Source of the DNA: Fidelibacterota bacterium
Lineage (GTDB): Bacteria > Fidelibacterota > UBA8477 > JABMPR01
DNA: 64,000 nt
Assembly (NCBI GenBank): GCA_018650795.1
Contig: JABIFG010000272.1
Span: forward strand, 10,512-74,511
Reading direction: 5' to 3'
Under the pieces are notes generated by a model, which did not search any database, had not been told where the DNA came from, and worked only from the letters and a program-made list of their open reading frames with translations. The position numbers and the translations under genes are program-made. Of this stretch, positions 59,426 through 64,000 are shown piece after piece (positions within the stretch are counted from its first letter, which is position 1; every line of letters begins with the position of its first letter).

Positions 59426-59991
59426 AAACGCGAGTAGTGGAAAATATGGGGAAGTACACCGGACAGGTTTTGGAAGAAATCTATTCCCAGGAAGTCATCG
59501 AAAATAGAGTGGAAGAGCTGGCCAAGCAGATATCCACTGAATACGCTGGCAGGGTTCCAATCTTGATTGGTGTATTGAACGGATCTGTGTTCTTCCTGGC
59601 CGATCTTGCTAAAAGGCTCGAAATTGATTGCGAAATTGATTTCATCAAAGTCTCTTCATATCACTCTGGCACCCAATCATCTGGAACTGTACGACTTCTA
59701 AAGGATATCAGCTGTATCATCACTGATCGTGATGTTATCATTGTAGAGGATATTATTGATAGCGGTCTAACTGCCAGATTTTTAAAACACAGAATATTGG
59801 AAAATCAGCCCAACTCGGTCGCTTTCGCTTCCTTGCTTTTTAAACGGGAATGTCTCAAACTTGAATTTGAGGCTGAGTACGTGGGATTTGAAGTTGCAGA
59901 CCGATTTTTAGTGGGCTATGGATTGGATCTAGATCAAAAATTCAGGAACCTACCGTCGATCTGGGCATTTCCTCTAAATATGAATTTGTAA
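59422..59991 (+). CDS. hpt: hypoxanthine phosphoribosyltransferase
   Basis: PRPP-binding [13 protein letters not shown]. Conserved tilS-hpt-ftsH order. Confidence 0.9.
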   Translation: MKTRVVENMGKYTGQVLEEIYSQEVIENRVEELAKQISTEYAGRVPILIGVLNGSVFFLADLAKRLEIDCEIDFIKVSSYHSGTQSSGTVRLLKDISCIITDRDVIIVEDIIDSGLTARFLKHRILENQPNSVAFASLLFKRECLKLEFEAEYVGFEVADRFLVGYGLDLDQKFRNLPSIWAFPLNMNL

Positions 59992-60001
59992 AAGGATACA
60001 A

Positions 60002-62449
60002 ATGAACGCAGATAATAAATCAAATAAAAATCAGGAGAGAACTCCTCATAATCAGGATAATTCTCCTCGTCGAAACGACAGACAATCTAATCAACGTCGT
60101 AGATCACCCAGAAAACCTTATAATAAGGCCGATAATCGTAATCAACGTGACAATAGGGATAACAGGGATAATAGAGGTAAAAGAGATAATCGGGATTCAA
60201 GGCAGAAGAACACGCGCAGACCCGAATCAAAGCCACAAAAGAAATCCACCAATATTAAAATTACTCGTCCCACTGAGGGAAATGAAAACTGGCAAAAAGG
60301 ATTGAAGACAACACTTCTGTGGGTTGCTATTCTCATGTCAGTGTTTTTCTTTGCTCAAATTTTAAAAACAGATACAGAGCATATCCAGAAACTTGGTTAT
60401 ACAGAGTATCGAGCCTTGCTTAACGATGGAAAAATTGAAACAGCTGTTTTAAAGAAAAATCAGTTTCATGGAACTCTCAAATTGCCAGAAACCACTGTCA
60501 TTAATGGTGTCAGCAAAGATTATCAGAAATTTTGGGTTGTTCTATCGCCAACCATTGATAGTGATGTAACAGCTGAATGGGATGCAATGGGGATTGTTTA
60601 TGAATTTCAGGATGAGACCCGGGATTGGGTTGATTATCTTTTTCAGATATTACCCTGGTTCCTGATCATCTTTTTCTGGTTTTTCCTCATGCGCAGGATG
60701 CAATCCGGCGGCGGTGGAACAAAGGGCATATTCTCCTTTGGAAAAAGCCGGGCAAAAATCATTGATCAGGAAAAACCCCAGACCACTTTCAGAGATGTAG
60801 CTGGGTGTGATGAGGCCAAAGAAGAGCTCAGAGAGATTGTCCAATATCTAAAACACCCCGATCGATTTCAAAAGCTTGGTGGTAAGATTCCAAAGGGTGC
60901 CTTGTTGGTAGGACCCCCAGGAACGGGAAAAACTTTATTGGCTAGAGCTGTTGCAGGTGAAGCAGATGTTCCTTTCTTTAGTTTGAGCGGAGCTGATTTT
61001 GTGGAAATGTTTGTTGGTGTTGGAGCCAGCCGTGTTCGAGATTTATTTGAGCAGAGCAAGAAAAATGCACCCTGTATCATTTTTATTGATGAGTTAGATG
61101 CGGTGGGCCGTCAGCGTGGAGCCGGCTTAGGCGGAGGTCATGATGAAAGAGAACAAACTCTGAATGCTCTTCTGGTTGAAATGGATGGTTTTGAGACCAC
61201 AGATAATATCATTCTACTAGCTGCTACCAACAGACCTGATGTCCTCGATTCTGCTTTATTGAGACCTGGACGTTTTGACAGACAGATTTCTGTAGATAAT
61301 CCAGATGTTCGTGGACGTGAAGCCATTTTAAAGGTTCACTCCAAGAATATCCCATTAGCAAAAAATGTTCGACTTGATATCATCGCAAAAGGCACTCCTG
61401 GAATGTCTGGTGCTGATCTTGCCAACCTTATCAATGAAGCTGCTCTGCTTGCATCTAAGCACAGAAAACAACGCGTAGAAATGGTTGATATTGAACATGC
61501 AAAAGACAAAGTCATGATGGGTTCTGAACGTCGTAGCATGGTTATCAATGAAAAGGAAAAAAGAACCACAGCTGTTCACGAAGCCGGACATGCTCTGGTT
61601 GCCCGAATGACCACCGGCACTGATCCAGTTCACAAAGTAACCATCATACCTCGTGGTCGTGCTCTGGGGCTGACAGCCCAATTGCCTGAAGATGATCGCT
61701 ATAATTTTTCCAGAGATTACATGGAAGGAATGCTGGCTATCCTCATGGGAGGACGTGTTGCTGAGGAAGTGGTGCTTAACCAGATGACAACTGGTGCTGG
61801 AAATGATATCGAACGTGCAACTTCACTGGCCCGAAAAATGGTCACCGAGTGGGGCATGAGCGAAAAAATGGGTCCTATGACTTACGGGCAAAAGAAGGAA
61901 GAAATCTTCATCGGTCGGGACCTGGGTATGCACCGTGACTTTAGTGAAGATATGGCAAAAAAGATCGATGCAGAAGTTCGTAAGATTATTGACATTGCAT
62001 ATAAAAAAGCCAAAGACATCATTTCAAAAAACCAGGATAAATTAGAGAAAATCACGAATTTGCTTCTGGATAAAGAGAGTATTGACGGTCGACAGCTTGA
62101 TAGAGTCTTGGGGATTAAATTTGAAGATTCTACTGTGCACCAGAAAAGTGGGAAACATCAACAGGGAAGAAGTCGATCTAACCATCCGAGACATCGCTCT
62201 GATAATCCCAGGCAAAACCCTGAAAAGGTTAACCCCACAAGCAAAACTGAATCAAGTGATGTTGCCAAGCCCGCAGCCCCTGTTAAGGTTCCGGAGCCAC
62301 CTCAAACTACCGACAAAGTCGAGGAAAAGGTGAAGAAACCAGTTGCAAAGAAAAAAAGGGCTCCTGCGAAAAAAAGACCTGCCAAGGCTAAGCCAGTACC
62401 TGGGAGTGAGAGTTCAGAAGAACCAGCTTCGGAAGAACCCAAAGAGTAA
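60002..62449 (+). CDS. ftsH: ATP-dependent zinc metalloprotease FtsH carrying an about 95-aa basic N-terminal extension and an about 120-aa K/P/A-rich C-terminal tail
   Basis: Walker [17 protein letters not shown] zinc site. AAGGA RBS 5 nt before the ATG at 60002. Extension reads ...[23 protein letters not shown]...; tail reads ...[25 protein letters not shown].... Confidence 0.95.
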   Translation: MNADNKSNKNQERTPHNQDNSPRRNDRQSNQRRRSPRKPYNKADNRNQRDNRDNRDNRGKRDNRDSRQKNTRRPESKPQKKSTNIKITRPTEGNENWQKGLKTTLLWVAILMSVFFFAQILKTDTEHIQKLGYTEYRALLNDGKIETAVLKKNQFHGTLKLPETTVINGVSKDYQKFWVVLSPTIDSDVTAEWDAMGIVYEFQDETRDWVDYLFQILPWFLIIFFWFFLMRRMQSGGGGTKGIFSFGKSRAKIIDQEKPQTTFRDVAGCDEAKEELREIVQYLKHPDRFQKLGGKIPKGALLVGPPGTGKTLLARAVAGEADVPFFSLSGADFVEMFVGVGASRVRDLFEQSKKNAPCIIFIDELDAVGRQRGAGLGGGHDEREQTLNALLVEMDGFETTDNIILLAATNRPDVLDSALLRPGRFDRQISVDNPDVRGREAILKVHSKNIPLAKNVRLDIIAKGTPGMSGADLANLINEAALLASKHRKQRVEMVDIEHAKDKVMMGSERRSMVINEKEKRTTAVHEAGHALVARMTTGTDPVHKVTIIPRGRALGLTAQLPEDDRYNFSRDYMEGMLAILMGGRVAEEVVLNQMTTGAGNDIERATSLARKMVTEWGMSEKMGPMTYGQKKEEIFIGRDLGMHRDFSEDMAKKIDAEVRKIIDIAYKKAKDIISKNQDKLEKITNLLLDKESIDGRQLDRVLGIKFEDSTVHQKSGKHQQGRSRSNHPRHRSDNPRQNPEKVNPTSKTESSDVAKPAAPVKVPEPPQTTDKVEEKVKKPVAKKKRAPAKKRPAKAKPVPGSESSEEPASEEPKE

Positions 62450-62466
62450 ATTACAATCATTTCCTA

Positions 62467-63335
62467 TGACTGAGGACAGAATCTCATTGGGAATAGGGCA
62501 AAAATGGTTGATTAAAGGTCAGGAGTTACATGTAGATACGCCACTCATCATGGGTATTCTGAATGTAACTCCTGATTCATTTAGTGATGGTGGTAAATTT
62601 GTAGATCCTTCAACAGCACTTGAAAAAGCACTTGAGATGCTTAGCTCAGGGGCAACCATCATTGATGTAGGGGGAGAATCCACGCGCCCTGGCTCTAAGC
62701 CAGTTACGGCTCAGGAAGAAATTTCCCGTGTTATTCCTATTATCGAAAAACTTGCCTCGCAATCAGGGGCGTTGATTTCGATTGATACACAAAAAGCTGC
62801 AGTGGCACGTGCCGCTTTGGAAGCCGGTGCTCATATCGTCAACGATGTTTCCGGCGGTAGGAATGATGCTGCCATGTTTGCCCTGGTGCAGGAAAGTCGA
62901 GCGGGCTTTATCCTCATGCATATGCTGGGTACACCTGAAACGATGCAGCATGCTCCTGTGTATGGGAAAGTTCTAGAGGATGTAATACATTTCTTCAATG
63001 AAAGCGTTCATGCTGCGACGAATTCAGGTATTGATATGGATCAGATCATTCTCGATCCAGGTATTGGTTTTGGAAAGACATTGACAGATAATTTGGTCTT
63101 GATGGGGAATCTAGGCGTTCTGAAGGAATTGGGCAGACCCTTACTTTTGGGTGCTTCCCGCAAATCCTTCATTGGTATGATCGACGATTCGACACCGGAT
63201 CAACGTCTTGGTGGATCCCTGGCCGCAGTTATCTCTGCTTACCAACAAGGGGTGAGATTATTCAGGGTTCATGATGTTGCTGAAACACGACAAGTTCTTG
63301 ATATCTTCACTGCCATTCAAAAACATTCGGATTAA
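62467..63335 (+). CDS. folP: dihydropteroate synthase
   Basis: Pterin-binding GILNVTPDSFSDGG and DIGGESTRPG blocks. The start at 62467 is taken as the first Met after the ftsH stop; the track ORF start at 62343 lies inside ftsH. Confidence 0.9.
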
Positions 63336-63343
63336 ATTGCATA

Positions 63344-64000
63344 GTGTCTGATAAAAAAAATATACTTCTAATTATCCTCGGACTGCTGGTTACAGCAGTC
63401 ACAATCTATTTCTGGCGTTTTGAGTTATTCTCGCTGGCCTTTCTATCTGTGCGTGTCTATGATGTGGTAGATGTCCTCGCTGTTTCGTTCGTATTGTACT
63501 CATTGTATAAAATATTCAAAGGGACCCGCGCAGCTCAATTGCTGTCAGGTATCCTTATCCTGATACTCCTATCAGTCATAGTTCGGTGGGCCGAATTACA
63601 CGGTATGTCCTGGCTCTTGTCAAATCTCTCTACCGTATGGGTAATAGCTGTTGTAATCCTATTCCAACCTGAGCTCAGACGGATTTTGATATACCTAGGA
63701 CAAAATCCCTTTGTCCGTTACCTGTTTAGGGTGAAAAATCTCGCCATGGTTGGCGAAATTACAGAATCAGTTCTGATTTGTCAGGAGCGTAAGTGGGGAA
63801 TGTTGATTGTCATGGAAGGTGAAGTGGGTCTTAAGCATATTAAAGAAAAATCAGCATCAATTAATGCCCAGGTTTCTGCTGAACTTCTGGTTTCTATTTT
63901 TAATCCTACTTCACCTTTACATGATGGGGCCGTGATAATAAGCCATGAAGTCATCGATGCAGCTAAATGTATCCTACCACTATCAGAGGAGCCTCAGGGG
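63344..64000 (+). CDS. cdaA: diadenylate cyclase CdaA (DAC domain), 3' partial, GTG start
   Basis: N-terminal TM helices then the DAC domain (KWGMLIVMEG, SPLHDGAVII, AAKCILPLS). Runs off the window end. Not in the ORF track because it has a non-ATG start. Confidence 0.8.
   Translation, partial: MSDKKNILLIILGLLVTAVTIYFWRFELFSLAFLSVRVYDVVDVLAVSFVLYSLYKIFKGTRAAQLLSGILILILLSVIVRWAELHGMSWLLSNLSTVWVIAVVILFQPELRRILIYLGQNPFVRYLFRVKNLAMVGEITESVLICQERKWGMLIVMEGEVGLKHIKEKSASINAQVSAELLVSIFNPTSPLHDGAVIISHEVIDAAKCILPLSEEPQG

Noticed and set aside
60130-60200. Tandem short repeats at the DNA level (gat aay mgr units)
   Set aside because: It is not a CRISPR or noncoding array. It is in-frame codon repetition encoding the RDN repeats of the FtsH N-terminal extension.
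62082-62466. Alternative-frame ORF inside the ftsH tail, and the long folP ORF start at 62343
   Set aside because: The low-complexity K/P/A-coding DNA is open in several frames. The FtsH frame is continuous with the protease domain. The folP homology begins only at the Met at 62467.

Overview
This window is a densely coded (about 90%) bacterial chromosomal segment of moderate-to-low GC content. Nearly every gene lies on the + strand; the only exception is a 2 kb minus-strand islet at 37.6-39.6 kb. There are no rRNA genes, CRISPR arrays, integrases or transposases. Most genes are housekeeping and sit in long, translationally coupled operons.

Genes in order, part 1:
- a 5'-truncated KdgK-like PfkB kinase, two HAD hydrolases and a small membrane protein
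- trxA
- an RNase HII-YraN fusion
- ggt, lepB, alaS, gcvPB, lysA, ridA
- an NSS-family transporter
- a small 2x[4Fe-4S] ferredoxin coupled to a geranylgeranyl reductase
- a DnaQ-exonuclease/DinG helicase fusion
- hutH, obg, dprA and an M18 aminopeptidase
- an SRP RNA (ffs) followed by dnaX-ybaB-recR
- pgsA-pgpA-cinA-thpR-recA
- a GxxExxY nuclease gene broken by an in-frame TAA, then recX and comEC

Genes in order, part 2:
- pyrC
- minus-strand islet: a frameshifted SGNH hydrolase, a nitroreductase, a small GIY-YIG protein and tRNA-Leu(CAA)
- an acyl-CoA ligase, gpsA, a DHH phosphoesterase, ispH, pdxS, pdxT and dxs
- a split-type methylmalonyl-CoA mutase catalytic subunit
- a PHP tyrosine phosphatase
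- a System I cytochrome c maturation cluster in the unusual order ccmE-ccmF-X-Y-ccmA-ccmB-ccmC-ccmD
- an archaeal-type (type II) GAPDH
- tilS, hpt, an FtsH with long N- and C-terminal extensions, folP and a 3'-truncated cdaA

The main leads are:
- two uncharacterised genes (X, a membrane-anchored zinc-ribbon protein; Y, a secreted and C-terminally anchored protein) embedded in the ccm operon where ccmG/H/I would normally be
- several archaeal-flavoured genes in a bacterial context: the Fd-GGR pair, type II GAPDH and split MCM
- the RnhB-YraN fusion
- two disrupted genes, one by an in-frame stop and one by a frameshift
- a perfect 44-bp palindrome
- an SRP RNA and a ccmD that the ORF track missed

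All functional calls rest on motif and family recognition from the translated sequence. No database searches were run.
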